Notes: generated by a model from the letters alone, not told the origin. A stretch of 64,000 nt of DNA from an uncultured Actinomycetes bacterium (GCA_963841735.1 CAWJDT010000004.1:32001-96000); one strand, 5' to 3'; counted from the first letter of the stretch, positions 39,368 to 49,866 are shown. Numbers and translations: made by a program.

Positions 39368-42300
39368 GTGGTCCATCTGCGCGCCGTCCGCCTGCGGGGG
39401 TTCAAGACCTTCGCCAAACCAACCGAGCTGTCCTTCGAGCCAGGGGTCACCGTGATAATCGGGCCCAACGGCAGCGGGAAGAGCAATATTGCCGACGCTG
39501 TACTCTGGGTCCTTGGCGAGCAAAGCCCGGGTAATCTGCGAGGTCGCAGCATGCAGGACGTCCTCTTCTCGGGGGCCGGCGGTCGCAAGGCCAGTGCGGT
39601 GGCTGAAGTGAGTCTTATCTTCGACAATGGGTCGGGCTCATTACCGCTCGACTGTGCAGAACTGGAGGTCACGCGCAGGCTCACTCGTGACTCAGGCTCG
39701 GAATACCGTCTCAACGGCAGCGACTGCCGCCTTCTGGATGTGCAGGAGCTGGTTGGATCTTTGGGCCTGGGCAGGGAGATGCACAGCGTTATCAGCCAGG
39801 GCAAGGTCGAGGCTATGCTGAACTCGAGCCCGGAAGTCCGGAGGGCGATGGTGGAGGAGGCGGCTGGGTTGGGCCGCTTCAAGAAGCGCCGGGAAAGGGC
39901 TCAAGCCAAGCTGGAACGGACCGGTCAGAACCTCATGCGGGTGGCGGACATCGAGGGAGAGGTCAAGACTGCGCTGCGTCCACTGAGACAGCAGGTGGTG
40001 GCTGCCGAGCGCTTCGCCGAGGCCACTGAGGAATGGGCGCTGGCCGTGGCTCGTTCCCTGGCGCACTCGCTGGCGGAAGTCTTGACCGCTTTGGCTCGCA
40101 CGGAGGAGGAGCTTAAGATCACTGATACTGGGTTGGCTGCGTTGGGGACGAAGACCTCCGAGCTGCGCAGGGAGCGCACCTCGGAGGAGGAGCACTTCAA
40201 CCAGACCCTCCAGGAACGCGAGCGTCTCAGCGGGAAGTACCACAGAGCCCGCGCCGCCGCCGAGTATCTAGAGGGGCGCGCAGTAGCGCTACGGCAGCGG
40301 TTGGCGCGTGTGGAAGGGGAGATCGATCGCGCCCGAAGGCGGCGGGACATGGCGCGGAGCGAGGTGGCGGCGCTGGCTGGGCGCAGCGAAGAAGTAAGTG
40401 CGGTGACGGCCGACGAGCTTCGCTTGGAACGTGCGGGTGGGTGGACCGAGGTGCTGCGGAGTGTGTTGGAAGAGATGCTTCCCGCGTTCCGGGCCGACAC
40501 CGCTGCCGAAGATGACCTCAAAGACTCTGTGTTCGAGTTGGAGGCCGCGCGGTCGCGTTCTGTCCAGGACCGGGAGTTTCTGCGCCGGGATATGGCCGAG
40601 AGGGCCCGCGTGGGTGAGGGACTGCGAGGGTTGCTGGAGGAAGCACGGGCTCGGGCGCAGCAGTTGCAGGCCGACGCGGACAGGTTGGATGGTGAACTAG
40701 TCGATTCCGAGGAAGCTGCGCGTGGCGCCAGCCTAAGACTTGGCGGGGCTGCCGAGGCCCGTGACGAGGCGCGGGCGCGGCTGGACGAGGCGCGCGGTGA
40801 ACAGGCTGCTGTCTTGGAGCGGCTCTCCGTCCTTGAGTCCCGGCGGACCGTTCTCGAAGATATTCTGACGCGGCGAGCGGGCATGCCCGCCGGTTTGCGC
40901 GAGTTGGTGGCGAGCGACCCCGAGTGCCGCCTGCTCACCGAGGTGCTCAACGTGAAGCCAGGCTATGAGCGGGCACTCGCCGCCGCTCTGGGGCCGCTTA
41001 TTCACGCGGTAGTCGTTCGGAGTGGCGATGATCTCCCGCGGGTGCTTGGTGTTAGCGGGGTACTGGAGGTCATACAAGAAGTAGCCGAGCAACAGCGGGC
41101 CGAGGTTCGGGACGGTCTGCCTGCCGGCACGTGCGACCTCTGGGACGTCGTCACCGGCCCCGAGAGTCTGATCGCCGCCCTGGGGCGGCTGGTGCCGGCG
41201 ACCGCGGTGTTTGTGGACGCCGAAGACCTGGGCGATCGGCTGAAGAGCGCCGGGATAGCGGGGTCGGGAGAGTCATGGCGGTTGGTAAGCCGGTCGGGGG
41301 AACTGTTCCAAAGTGGCCTGCATGCGGCGCGACGCCAGGAGCTTGGCGCCGAGAGCCTGCTTGCCGCCCGTAGCGAACTTGAGGCTGTCTCAAGAGAGAG
41401 CGAAGAGGGGGCGGCTGGGCGCGAAATGGCGGGCAGAGCGGTAGAGGGGGCCGCAGCCGAGGCGGCGAGAGCTGACGCGCTATTCCGTGACCAGGAAGAA
41501 CAACTGCACCTGTGCGAACGCCGCGTGGCTGTTCTGCTCGGCGAGTGCGATCTGCAGCGGCGTCGGATGGAGGAAGCCGCGAGCCAGTCGGCCGAGCTAA
41601 AGGGTCGCGAGGAGCGAGAGAAAGAGACGGCCGAGAAGCTGGTGGGGGACATCGGCATATTGGAAGACACCATGGCCGGGCGGGAGGCCGAGCTGGATGA
41701 GGCGCGAGTAGCGCTCAGGGCTCTGCAGAGCCGGCTGGAGGCGGCGCGGCGCACTGTTGGGCGGCTGGAGGAGAAGAAGGGCCAAGCCGCGCTGGTGGAG
41801 GTGAAGTTGCGCGAGCGTTGCCGAGCTCACAACAACGAACGGGCTCGAGTGCAGGCTCTGCGACAGACGGCCGATCGCGAATTGGCTCGCTATGAACGCC
41901 GCCTTGTGTTCTTTGAGCGATACGTGCCGGTGATCACCAGTATGCTAGCAGTGGCTGAGCAGCTCGCCGAGAAGTCACGCGGTCTGGCGGACGGCTTGGA
42001 GGCGGACGTGGAGTCACTGCGAGCCCGCAGCGAGGGCACCTCCCGAGTGATGCGGGATTGGGGGAGCGCCGAGGCCAGCCTACAGCGGGAATACGAGACG
42101 ATGTCCGCGCGACTCACCCAGGCTCGGGTCGATCAGGCGCGGTTCCAGGAGCGACGGGCCCAGTTGGAGGAAGAGGTCGCTGAGTTGAGGCGCCGGCATC
42201 TATCGCCGCGAGGAGTCAAGCCGGAGGACATGGCCGGCGAGGACGCGGAGGCATTGGCAGCCGTGGTTGAAAGAGCGGCTCGCCGTAGGGAGCGCATAGG

Positions 42301-42970
42301 ACCTGTGAATCCTCTGGCCGAACAGGAATGCGGCGAGATGGAAGAGAGGGCGCGGTTCTTGGCGGAGCAGCGGGGGGACTTGGAGGCGGCGGTCGCACAG
42401 CTGCGCGAGGTCATCGCCGGTTTGGACGAACACATCGAGCGGTCGTTCGGCGAGGTCTTCGCTGCCGCCCGTGAGCACTTCTCTTCGGTCATCGCCTCAG
42501 TGTTCCCCGGAGCCAAGGGCACTCTCAGGCTCACGGAGCCCAAAACGGCGGCCAAGGCGGCTGCGACTGAGGCTGATGGCGCCTCAGATGAAGGCGACGA
42601 CGGGGAGCAGGGACCACAGGCTGCAGGAATAGCGCTGGAGGTCAAGTTCGCTAACAAGTCTCCGCGCAGCCTTACGTTGCTCTCCGGCGGCGAAAAGGCG
42701 ATGACCGCGATAGCGTTTCTGTTCTCGCTGTTCCTGGCGCGCCCCTGCCCCTTCTACATCCTGGACGAGGTGGAAGCCTCGCTAGACGACATCAACATCC
42801 GTCGATTCCTGTCTCTGATCCACAAATACAGAGATCGCACACAGTTCATAATCATCACCCATCAGCGGCAGACCATGGAGGTGGCCGACACTCTTTATGG
42901 AGTGACCATGGGAAGCGATGGGACCTCGCGGGTGCTGTCGCGCCGGCTGGCCACAGCGAAAGGGGCGTAG
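39368..42970 (+). CDS. smc: Chromosome segregation protein SMC
   Basis: GFKTF, GPNGSGKSN, coiled coils and hinge, IGPVN, LSGGEK, LDEVEA. Confidence 0.96.
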   Translation: MVHLRAVRLRGFKTFAKPTELSFEPGVTVIIGPNGSGKSNIADAVLWVLGEQSPGNLRGRSMQDVLFSGAGGRKASAVAEVSLIFDNGSGSLPLDCAELEVTRRLTRDSGSEYRLNGSDCRLLDVQELVGSLGLGREMHSVISQGKVEAMLNSSPEVRRAMVEEAAGLGRFKKRRERAQAKLERTGQNLMRVADIEGEVKTALRPLRQQVVAAERFAEATEEWALAVARSLAHSLAEVLTALARTEEELKITDTGLAALGTKTSELRRERTSEEEHFNQTLQERERLSGKYHRARAAAEYLEGRAVALRQRLARVEGEIDRARRRRDMARSEVAALAGRSEEVSAVTADELRLERAGGWTEVLRSVLEEMLPAFRADTAAEDDLKDSVFELEAARSRSVQDREFLRRDMAERARVGEGLRGLLEEARARAQQLQADADRLDGELVDSEEAARGASLRLGGAAEARDEARARLDEARGEQAAVLERLSVLESRRTVLEDILTRRAGMPAGLRELVASDPECRLLTEVLNVKPGYERALAAALGPLIHAVVVRSGDDLPRVLGVSGVLEVIQEVAEQQRAEVRDGLPAGTCDLWDVVTGPESLIAALGRLVPATAVFVDAEDLGDRLKSAGIAGSGESWRLVSRSGELFQSGLHAARRQELGAESLLAARSELEAVSRESEEGAAGREMAGRAVEGAAAEAARADALFRDQEEQLHLCERRVAVLLGECDLQRRRMEEAASQSAELKGREEREKETAEKLVGDIGILEDTMAGREAELDEARVALRALQSRLEAARRTVGRLEEKKGQAALVEVKLRERCRAHNNERARVQALRQTADRELARYERRLVFFERYVPVITSMLAVAEQLAEKSRGLADGLEADVESLRARSEGTSRVMRDWGSAEASLQREYETMSARLTQARVDQARFQERRAQLEEEVAELRRRHLSPRGVKPEDMAGEDAEALAAVVERAARRRERIGPVNPLAEQECGEMEERARFLAEQRGDLEAAVAQLREVIAGLDEHIERSFGEVFAAAREHFSSVIASVFPGAKGTLRLTEPKTAAKAAATEADGASDEGDDGEQGPQAAGIALEVKFANKSPRSLTLLSGGEKAMTAIAFLFSLFLARPCPFYILDEVEASLDDINIRRFLSLIHKYRDRTQFIIITHQRQTMEVADTLYGVTMGSDGTSRVLSRRLATAKGA

Positions 42971-42974
42971 AGAC

Positions 42975-43979
42975 TTGAGTCAGGACTGGTCGGAGGTTTT
43001 CTTAGGGGTGCCCAAAGAGGCGGCGGCTCATGCGGCCGGGGGCGCCGGAGAGACCCGCGGGGGGTGGATGTCCCAGCTGCGGGACGGCCTGAGCAAGAGC
43101 CGCAAAGCCCTGCAGCAGCAGCTGATCTCGGTGCTGTTCGATCGGTTTGACGAAGATGTGTGGGAGCGGATCGAAGAAGCGCTTATCTACGCCGACGTGG
43201 GGGTAGACACCACCGTCTCGATCGTCGGGGCCTTGGAGGCTGAGGCCAACGCCGGCAACATCAAGAACTCCAGCGAGCTGCTGGCGAAATTGCGCGAGGT
43301 GGCTGCGAGGCACTTCTGCGAGAAGGACTCACGAATCGACGTGGCGCACTCACCGGCGGTGATCTTGATGGTGGGGGTGAACGGCACCGGCAAGACTACT
43401 ACGATCGGCAAGATCGCCTGGCACCTCAAAGAGTTGGGAAAGGAGCCCTTGCTGGTGGCGGGGGACACCTTCCGCGCGGCTGCCATAGAGCAACTGACCG
43501 AGTGGGGCCGACGGGTGGGATGCGAAGTGGTGCGACACGAGCGGGGCGGAGACCCCGGGGCGGTTGTGTACGACGGATTGGCGGCGGCTGAGGCCCGCAA
43601 AGCAGACGTAGTGCTGATCGACACGGCCGGGCGCCTGCATACCCAAGTGAACCTCATGAACGAACTGGGCAAAGTCAGGCGAGTTATCGAGAAGCGCATG
43701 CCGGGGGCTCCGCACGAGTGTCTGCTCAGTATTGACGCCACTACTGGTCAAAACGGTCTGATCCAGGCTCGCATGTTCAAGGAGGCCGTGGATCTGACGG
43801 GGGTGGTGCTTACCAAGATGGACGGCACCGCTAAGGGAGGCATAGCTCTGGCCGTGTCGCACGAGTTGGATCTCCCCATCAAGCTGATCGGCACGGGAGA
43901 GAAGCTGGAGAGTCTGCAGCCTTTCGACCCGAGGGTTTTCGCGGCTCTTCTGTTTGAAGATTCCCTCGGCTCCCATTGA
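42975..43979 (+). CDS. ftsY: Signal recognition particle receptor
   Basis: GVNGTGKTTT, DTFRAAA, DTAGR, TKMDGTAKGG. TTG start just after the smc stop. Confidence 0.96.
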   Translation: MSQDWSEVFLGVPKEAAAHAAGGAGETRGGWMSQLRDGLSKSRKALQQQLISVLFDRFDEDVWERIEEALIYADVGVDTTVSIVGALEAEANAGNIKNSSELLAKLREVAARHFCEKDSRIDVAHSPAVILMVGVNGTGKTTTIGKIAWHLKELGKEPLLVAGDTFRAAAIEQLTEWGRRVGCEVVRHERGGDPGAVVYDGLAAAEARKADVVLIDTAGRLHTQVNLMNELGKVRRVIEKRMPGAPHECLLSIDATTGQNGLIQARMFKEAVDLTGVVLTKMDGTAKGGIALAVSHELDLPIKLIGTGEKLESLQPFDPRVFAALLFEDSLGSH

Positions 43980-44032
43980 CCCTCGCGGGGGAAGCGGTTC
44001 GGACCGTAGCTCGACCTACGCGGGGTGCTGGT

Positions 44033-44061
44033 TTGACGGGATCACCGGGGGCTAGTAAACT
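44033..44061 (+). promoter_or_regulatory. sigma70 promoter of the ffh operon
   Basis: TTGACG-N17-TAAACT, followed by a leader with two GC-rich hairpins. Confidence 0.7.
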
Positions 44062-44134
44062 CCCACCCTCGCGGCCGAAGATCGGCCGCCATCACAGGGA
44101 CGCCGCGTGGCGTCGCCAAACGGCAAGGTGACAG

Positions 44135-45469
44135 GTGTTCGACTCCCTTTCTGACAAACTGCAGACAGCGTTCGACGGCCTCAAGAGGCAAGGAAGGCTC
44201 ACGGATAAGGACGTGGAGCGGGCCGCCCGCGAGATCCGTTTGGCCTTGCTTGAGGCGGATGTCAACTTCAAGGTAGTCAAGCAGTTCATCGACACTGTTA
44301 AGACTCGCGCTCTGGGAGTCGAGGTCCTGGGCAGCCTGACTCCGGCTCAGCAGTTCATCAAGATCGTCAATGAAGAGCTGACGGCTCTGATGGGCTCGGC
44401 TTCGACCAAACTGACTTTCTCTCCCCGGCCGCCCACGGTCATCATGATGGTTGGGCTACAGGGTTCCGGAAAGACTACGGCCTGCGGCAAGCTGGCGAAC
44501 TTCCTCCTGGCCCAGGGCAAGAGCCCGGCGTTGGTGGCGGGCGACGTCTACCGTCCCGCGGCCATCGATCAGCTCAAGGCCCTAGGAGAGCAGCTGGGCG
44601 TCCCGGTATACGACGAGGGCACGGACGCCGACCCGGTGGATATCGCCAAGCACGGAGTGGAGTGGGCGCGGGAGAAGGGGCGGGATGTCCTCATCATCGA
44701 CACCGCGGGCCGGTTGCATATCGACGAGAAGCTCATGGACGAGCTGGTGCAGATCCGTCACTCGGTTAAGCCGCACAACATCCTGCTGGTGCTAGACGCG
44801 ATGACCGGCCAGGACGCGGTCAACGTGGCGTTGCAGTTTCAAGAACATGTGCAGTTCGACGGGGCCATTCTTACAAAGATGGATGGGGATGCCCGGGGGG
44901 GAGCCGCGCTCTCCGTCAGGGCGGTCACGGGCAAGCCCATCAAGTTCGCCAGCAGCGGGGAGAAGCTCGACAACTTCGAGTACTTCCACCCCGACCGGGT
45001 GGCTTCGCGTATCTTGGGCATGGGTGACGTGCTGTCGCTCATCGAGAAGGCTGAGCGCACCATTGACGCGGACAAAGCTCGGGAGCTTGAACAGCGCCTT
45101 CGCAAGGCCACCTTTACCTTTGACGACTTCGTCGAGCAGATCCAACAGGTGCGCAAGATGGGCTCCATATCGAGTCTTCTGGGCATGATTCCGGGCATAC
45201 CGTCGGCCAAACTAAAGGGACTTCAGGTCGACGATAAGGCCTTCGATAAGATCCAAGCGGTCATCTCTTCGATGACGGCCGAGGAACGGAGCCACCCAGA
45301 TCTCATCAACGGCAGCCGTCGCCGGCGCATCGCGCAGGGGTCTGGCTCCGACATCCAAGCCATAAACCAATTGCTCACCCAGTTCAAGCAGGTACAGAAG
45401 ATGATGAAGCAATTGGGTTCTGGACGTGTTCCGAAGAATCCGTTCCAAATGTTCGGTAACGCCGGTTAA
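44135..45469 (+). CDS. ffh: Signal recognition particle protein
   Basis: ALLEADV, GLQGSGKTT, DTAGR, DGDARGG, M-domain SRRRRIA.GSG. Confidence 0.98.
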   Translation: MFDSLSDKLQTAFDGLKRQGRLTDKDVERAAREIRLALLEADVNFKVVKQFIDTVKTRALGVEVLGSLTPAQQFIKIVNEELTALMGSASTKLTFSPRPPTVIMMVGLQGSGKTTACGKLANFLLAQGKSPALVAGDVYRPAAIDQLKALGEQLGVPVYDEGTDADPVDIAKHGVEWAREKGRDVLIIDTAGRLHIDEKLMDELVQIRHSVKPHNILLVLDAMTGQDAVNVALQFQEHVQFDGAILTKMDGDARGGAALSVRAVTGKPIKFASSGEKLDNFEYFHPDRVASRILGMGDVLSLIEKAERTIDADKARELEQRLRKATFTFDDFVEQIQQVRKMGSISSLLGMIPGIPSAKLKGLQVDDKAFDKIQAVISSMTAEERSHPDLINGSRRRRIAQGSGSDIQAINQLLTQFKQVQKMMKQLGSGRVPKNPFQMFGNAG

Positions 45470-45485
45470 TCTGAGGAGGTGATCA

Positions 45486-45728
45486 ATGGCAACAGCTATT
45501 AGACTGGCCCGTCGCGGCAGCAAGAAACATCCCACATATCGTATCGTGGTAGCCGATTCGCGCAGGGCTCGTGATGGTAAGTTCATCGAGACCATCGGGT
45601 TCTATAACCCGCTTCACGACCCGTCGACAATCGAAGTGGACGAGGCCAAAGCCAGGCAGTGGTTGGCATGCGGTGCTCAACCGTCCGACACGGTGCGCAA
45701 ACTCCTGAGTGTGAAAGGCATCGTCTAG
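45486..45728 (+). CDS. rpsP: 30S ribosomal protein S16
   Basis: [26 protein letters not shown]. Confidence 0.98.
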   Translation: MATAIRLARRGSKKHPTYRIVVADSRRARDGKFIETIGFYNPLHDPSTIEVDEAKARQWLACGAQPSDTVRKLLSVKGIV

Positions 45729-45959
45729 GTGAAAGAGCTGCTTGAGTACTTGGCTCGTGCCCTGGTCGAGAACCCTGATGAAGTGAGGGTTGAAGAGACC
45801 GGATCGGGCGATCAGGTGATATTGCGCTTGAGTGTTGCCCGAGAGGACGTGGGCAAGGTCATCGGGAAGCAGGGTCGCATCGCTCGGGCGCTGCGGACTG
45901 TGGTCAAAGCGAGCGCCGTCAAGGACGGGAAGCAGGCCACAGTCGAGATAGTGGACTAG
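45729..45959 (+). CDS. khpA: KH-domain RNA-binding protein
   Basis: D.GKVIGKQGRIARALR; between rpsP and rimM. Confidence 0.93.
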   Translation: MKELLEYLARALVENPDEVRVEETGSGDQVILRLSVAREDVGKVIGKQGRIARALRTVVKASAVKDGKQATVEIVD

Positions 45960-45967
45960 GCGCGCGG

Positions 45968-46528
45968 ATGGCTCGTCCCGAGTGGATCGAGGTGGGACGA
46001 GTCTCGCGTGCGCACGGGGTGCACGGCGAGGTTCGGATCATGCCTGATTCGGACAACCCTGAGCGTTTCGTCCCAGGTGCCGTACTGCACGCGCGTTCCG
46101 CGCGTGCAGGCGTAGCTGGGCCCCGTTTGCCGGATAAGGTGGAGCTCACTATCGACGGGGTGCGCGGGGGAGACGGTTTCCCTATCGTCGCGTTCCGCGA
46201 AGTGGGTGACCGGGAGGCCGCGGAGGCTCTTCGGGGATGCCTTCTGGAGGTCCGCTCCGTGGATCTACCTGAGCTGGACGACGATGAGTACTATCCTTTC
46301 GACCTCTATGGCCTGGAAGTGCGCGATCCCAAGGGGGTTGTCGTCGGCCGGGTGACCGAGATAATCGAGTCCCCTGCTCATGCCATATTGGCAGTGTCGC
46401 TTGACTCCGGTGGCGAGACGCTTGTGCCATTTGTGGCCGTGGCTGTGCCTGTGGTCGACATTGCACAGGGCTACCTGGTGGTGGAGCTAGGGTTCGCGGA
46501 CGCCGATAGCCTAGACACAGGGCTTTGA
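45968..46528 (+). CDS. rimM: 16S rRNA processing protein
   Basis: VG...AHGVHGEV, DEYY..DL.GL, LVPFV. Confidence 0.95.
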   Translation: MARPEWIEVGRVSRAHGVHGEVRIMPDSDNPERFVPGAVLHARSARAGVAGPRLPDKVELTIDGVRGGDGFPIVAFREVGDREAAEALRGCLLEVRSVDLPELDDDEYYPFDLYGLEVRDPKGVVVGRVTEIIESPAHAILAVSLDSGGETLVPFVAVAVPVVDIAQGYLVVELGFADADSLDTGL

Positions 46529-47277
46529 TGAAGAGCTTCCACATCTTCACTCTCGTGCCTGAGGCCTTCGATTGGTTCGTGCGCAGACACCCCATAGCGA
46601 CCGCCGTTGAGGCCGGCTCGGTGTCGGTGTTTGTACACGATGTGCGTGCTTACAGTGACCTGCCCCACCACGAGGTGGACGATACTCCCTACGGAGGGGG
46701 CCCGGGAATGGTCACCCGGGTGGACATTGTTGCCAGGGCACTGGAGCAGGTGTTCGCGGAACCCGCTGGCCAAGTGCGTGAGTCAAGAGACGTTTACGTA
46801 ATGGCGGCGGGGGGCCGGCCCTTCGTGCATTCCTTGGGGTTGGAACTTTCCCGGAGCCAACGGGATCTAGTTCTTCTGTGCGGGCGTTTTGAGGGCTTTG
46901 ACGCCCGGGTGGAAGCATTGCTGGCTACAGGCTCACTCTCAGTAGGACCCTATGTTCTAGCCGGCGGAGAGGTCGCCGCGCTTGCCGTGATGGAAGCGGT
47001 GGTGCGTCAGCTGCCTGGGTCGCTGGGGAATGATGACAGCGTGTGCGAGGAGTCGTTCAGCGAGGAGTTGGGGGGCATGGTGGAGTACCCTCACTACACG
47101 AGACCTCGAGAGTTTCTGGGCAGCGAGGTGCCGCCGGTTCTCGTGAGCGGAGACCACGGAGCCATCGCGCGTTGGCGGCGAGCCAACGCCCGTCCTTCGC
47201 CATGGGGTGAGGTTGGCACAGAGAGCTCATTGGAGGGCGAGGCTATGACGAGGCAAGACAAACCGGTTGCACCATGA
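46528..47277 (+). CDS. trmD: tRNA (guanine37-N1)-methyltransferase
   Basis: VDDTPYGGGPGM, LCGRFEGFD.R, YVLAGGE, EYPHYTRP, SGDH. Confidence 0.96.
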   Translation: MKSFHIFTLVPEAFDWFVRRHPIATAVEAGSVSVFVHDVRAYSDLPHHEVDDTPYGGGPGMVTRVDIVARALEQVFAEPAGQVRESRDVYVMAAGGRPFVHSLGLELSRSQRDLVLLCGRFEGFDARVEALLATGSLSVGPYVLAGGEVAALAVMEAVVRQLPGSLGNDDSVCEESFSEELGGMVEYPHYTRPREFLGSEVPPVLVSGDHGAIARWRRANARPSPWGEVGTESSLEGEAMTRQDKPVAP

Positions 47278-47924
47278 GCGTTGAGGAAGGCCAGACCTTT
47301 GCTGCCGGCGAGAGTTCTGGTCTCGCAGATCCGGCAGGTGACACCGGTAGTCCGGCTGAGGTTGCCCGGGCCATCGCACGTAGCCGGGCTCAGGAGAAGT
47401 CGAAGCGGCCCCGTACGGTGACGCGCACCCTTGTTGAGATCGTGGTGATCGTGGCCGCGGCCTTTGCGCTGGCGATGTTGGTGCAGGCGTTCATCGTCAA
47501 GCCCTTCACCGTCCATCAGGTATCCATGGAGCCCACTCTCGTGGAGGGTGACCGCGTTCTCATCAGCAGGCTCTCTTACCATTTGCACGACCCCAAGGCT
47601 GGTGACGTCGTGGTGTTGCATTCGCCCGTTGTCGCCAGCGAGGACCTCGTCAAGCGGATAGTGGCCGTTGGCGGTGACACCGTCGCCATTCACGGCGGCG
47701 ATCTGTATGTCAACGAAGCCGTGGTGGTCGAGCCCTACTTGGCTAGTCAGGACTTTCGAGGAGAGTACCCCGAGACGACGATACCTGAGGGGCAGGTATT
47801 CGTGCTTGGGGACAACCGCGATTACAGCGGAGACAGCAGACTGTTCGGTCCTGTCGATTTGGATTTGATCATCGGAAGCGCCTTTGCCGTCTATTGGCCG
47901 ATCGGGGACTGGAGCGGGTTATAG
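47274..47924 (+). CDS. lepB: Signal peptidase I, copy 1
   Basis: TM, SMEPTL, LVKR, GDNR.YSGDSR.FG. Confidence 0.93.
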   Translation: MSVEEGQTFAAGESSGLADPAGDTGSPAEVARAIARSRAQEKSKRPRTVTRTLVEIVVIVAAAFALAMLVQAFIVKPFTVHQVSMEPTLVEGDRVLISRLSYHLHDPKAGDVVVLHSPVVASEDLVKRIVAVGGDTVAIHGGDLYVNEAVVVEPYLASQDFRGEYPETTIPEGQVFVLGDNRDYSGDSRLFGPVDLDLIIGSAFAVYWPIGDWSGL

Positions 47925-47938
47925 CGCCTTCAGTGGCG

Positions 47939-48988
47939 CTAGGGCCTTGTCCCGCCCTGGCCATTTTGGGCGTCCGGCGACTGATAACCCGGGTTTGTCC
48001 CAGAAGGGCCGAGAGGCGTCACTCCCGAGGAGCCGCCTAAGCCGCCTGTGTTCTGGCTGCCACCGTTAGTGTTGGTCGTTGTTGGAGACTCGCCACCGTC
48101 AATGGGGCCGGAGTGGCCGCTGGAACTGGGCGGGCCGCTGGAACCATTACTGGGTTGGCCACCCGGAGTGGTGGCAGAGGTTGAGCTCGGGTTGCCGTTG
48201 GGTAGGGCGTTCGGCCCGTTGTTGTTCGCGTTGGGATTGGTGGTTGATGTCGCCGACGCGCCATCGGGTCCGACTGCATCGGGCCCTGCGCCATGGTCGC
48301 CCGCGACACCACGAGCCAGTTCCGTAGCGTAGCGCCCAAAATCGGCGTCATGGGCATCGGCCGTGGCCATCCACCGTAGCATCTGTGCCACTCGTTGACG
48401 CACCGATTCGATGTCGCCCACGTTGGCGGTAGAGACCGCGTTGGCGGCAACAACAAGCGCGCCTCGGGCTTCGTCGGCGATGCCATCGTTCACTCCCGCC
48501 TCAGCAAGGGCCTCGGTGGCATGAGCTATTCCTCTTTCGATAGCGCCTCTATCCGCGAGCTCACTCGCTTCGGCAAGACGCTCGTGGAGGCCGCCGGCTC
48601 CCAGGCCGATGCGTTCCAGGGCGAGGTCGAAGCCGTAGAGAGTGTCCCCGGGGGCAGCGGCGTTGGCAGCGAAGGCCACCCCGGCGGTGGACGAGAAGAC
48701 CACGATCACCGCGAGGAGACCGGCGAGTCTAGGGGTGAGACGGTGCAGGTGGCCGCTCCGGAGTTCGTGCGGGCGAGCGGCGCCGGAAGGCGCACCCTCC
48801 ATAGCCGTCCGGGAGAGCGCTGCGGCCTGTGCGGCAACTTGCGCTGTCTCGGTTTCGGGAGGGATGCGCCTGCCGGCGCGCATGAGAGCCTGGGTGAGGG
48901 GGGTGAGCCGGGCATACTCCTCGTCCTCGGGGGTGCGGCCCGCAAGGAGCTTCTCGATATCTTCGTCTGAGTTTCTTCTGGCTCGCAT
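47939..48988 (-). CDS. Putative anti-sigma factor, RsbN/DUF5667-like, with Gly/Ser/Pro/Thr-rich tail
   Basis: About 85-aa cytoplasmic N-terminus, TM ending GVAFA, APGDTLYG motif, helical domain, low-complexity tail. Confidence 0.72.
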   Translation of the reverse strand: MRARRNSDEDIEKLLAGRTPEDEEYARLTPLTQALMRAGRRIPPETETAQVAAQAAALSRTAMEGAPSGAARPHELRSGHLHRLTPRLAGLLAVIVVFSSTAGVAFAANAAAPGDTLYGFDLALERIGLGAGGLHERLAEASELADRGAIERGIAHATEALAEAGVNDGIADEARGALVVAANAVSTANVGDIESVRQRVAQMLRWMATADAHDADFGRYATELARGVAGDHGAGPDAVGPDGASATSTTNPNANNNGPNALPNGNPSSTSATTPGGQPSNGSSGPPSSSGHSGPIDGGESPTTTNTNGGSQNTGGLGGSSGVTPLGPSGTNPGYQSPDAQNGQGGTRP

Positions 48989-49034
48989 CTCTACCTCATC
49001 ACCGCACGGGATCGATCTTGTTCAGGCTACGAGT

Positions 49035-49826
49035 CTAGCGGTTTCCAGCTTCCGCGGGCTGACCGGTACGGCTCTGGCTCTGATCACAGGTGCCGTCTTG
49101 AGTCTGGTCACGATCCTGAGTCTGGTCGCCGTCCTGAGTCTGGTCACGATCTTGAGTCTGGTCACGATCTTGAGTCTGGTCACGATCCTGAGTCTGGTCG
49201 CCGTCCTGAGTCTGGTCACGATCGCCGGCCTGATTCTGCGCCTGGGCGTCGTTCTGCTCAAGATCGGGGGTGTCGATGTCATCCGGGCCACCGTTCTGGT
49301 TCTGCTCGGCATTGCCCGCTTGGGTAGAGCCACCGTTCTGGTTCTGTTCGGCCTGCGAACCACCGGCGTTGGCCTCACCGGTCAGGGCGCGGGCACGGGT
49401 GGATACACCCTGGCCGAAATCGTCGGCGGAGGCGTCGGTCGATGCCATCCAACGCAGCATCTCGGTCACCTGGGCTCGTATTTGCTCGGAGTCTCCTTGG
49501 TTGGCCGTCGCCACTGCATTGGCGGCCGCGATGAGTGCAGCGTTGGCTGAATCCTGCCCTGTCTCTGCCCCGGTCTGATAGCCGAGCGCCTCGGCTGCAT
49601 GGGCCAAGGCCTCGTCGCAGTCTCCGCTAGAGGCCAGTTCGACGGCTTCGGACAGACGTTCACCGAGGCCACCATTGCCGATGCCGACCTTCTCGGCGGC
49701 TCTATCTAGACCGTAGAGCGTATCGCCTGGGGCGGCCCCATCGGCCGCGAATGCCACACCTGTGGCGCATACGACAAGCAGTGCGGCCGAAGCGACCACC
49801 ACCATAAGTTTTGTCCTCTTCTTCAT
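49035..49826 (-). CDS. Secreted paralogue of the anti-sigma outer domain with a D(R/G)DQTQ repeat tail
   Basis: Signal peptide MKKRTK...GVAFA. APGDTLYG, ERL.EA.ELA, AANAV.TAN and MLRWMA are shared with 47939-48988. Confidence 0.8.
   Translation of the reverse strand: MKKRTKLMVVVASAALLVVCATGVAFAADGAAPGDTLYGLDRAAEKVGIGNGGLGERLSEAVELASSGDCDEALAHAAEALGYQTGAETGQDSANAALIAAANAVATANQGDSEQIRAQVTEMLRWMASTDASADDFGQGVSTRARALTGEANAGGSQAEQNQNGGSTQAGNAEQNQNGGPDDIDTPDLEQNDAQAQNQAGDRDQTQDGDQTQDRDQTQDRDQTQDRDQTQDGDQTQDRDQTQDGTCDQSQSRTGQPAEAGNR
49095..49223. repeat. 18-bp tandem repeat, 7 copies, coding D(R/G)DQTQ
   Basis: TGAGTCTGGTC cores at 49099, 49117, 49135, 49153, 49171, 49189 and 49207. Confidence 0.95.
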
Positions 49827-49866
49827 GACACTACCTCTCTTGACGGGTTGCGGTATTACACTCCCG

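Noticed and set aside
43980-44134. SRP RNA between ftsY and ffh
   Set aside because: No helix-8 GGAA tetraloop or AGCAG motif; the region is explained by a promoter and a short hairpin leader.
49095-49223. Possible CRISPR array
   Set aside because: The 18-bp units are contiguous with no unique spacers, are in frame within a CDS, and no cas genes are present.
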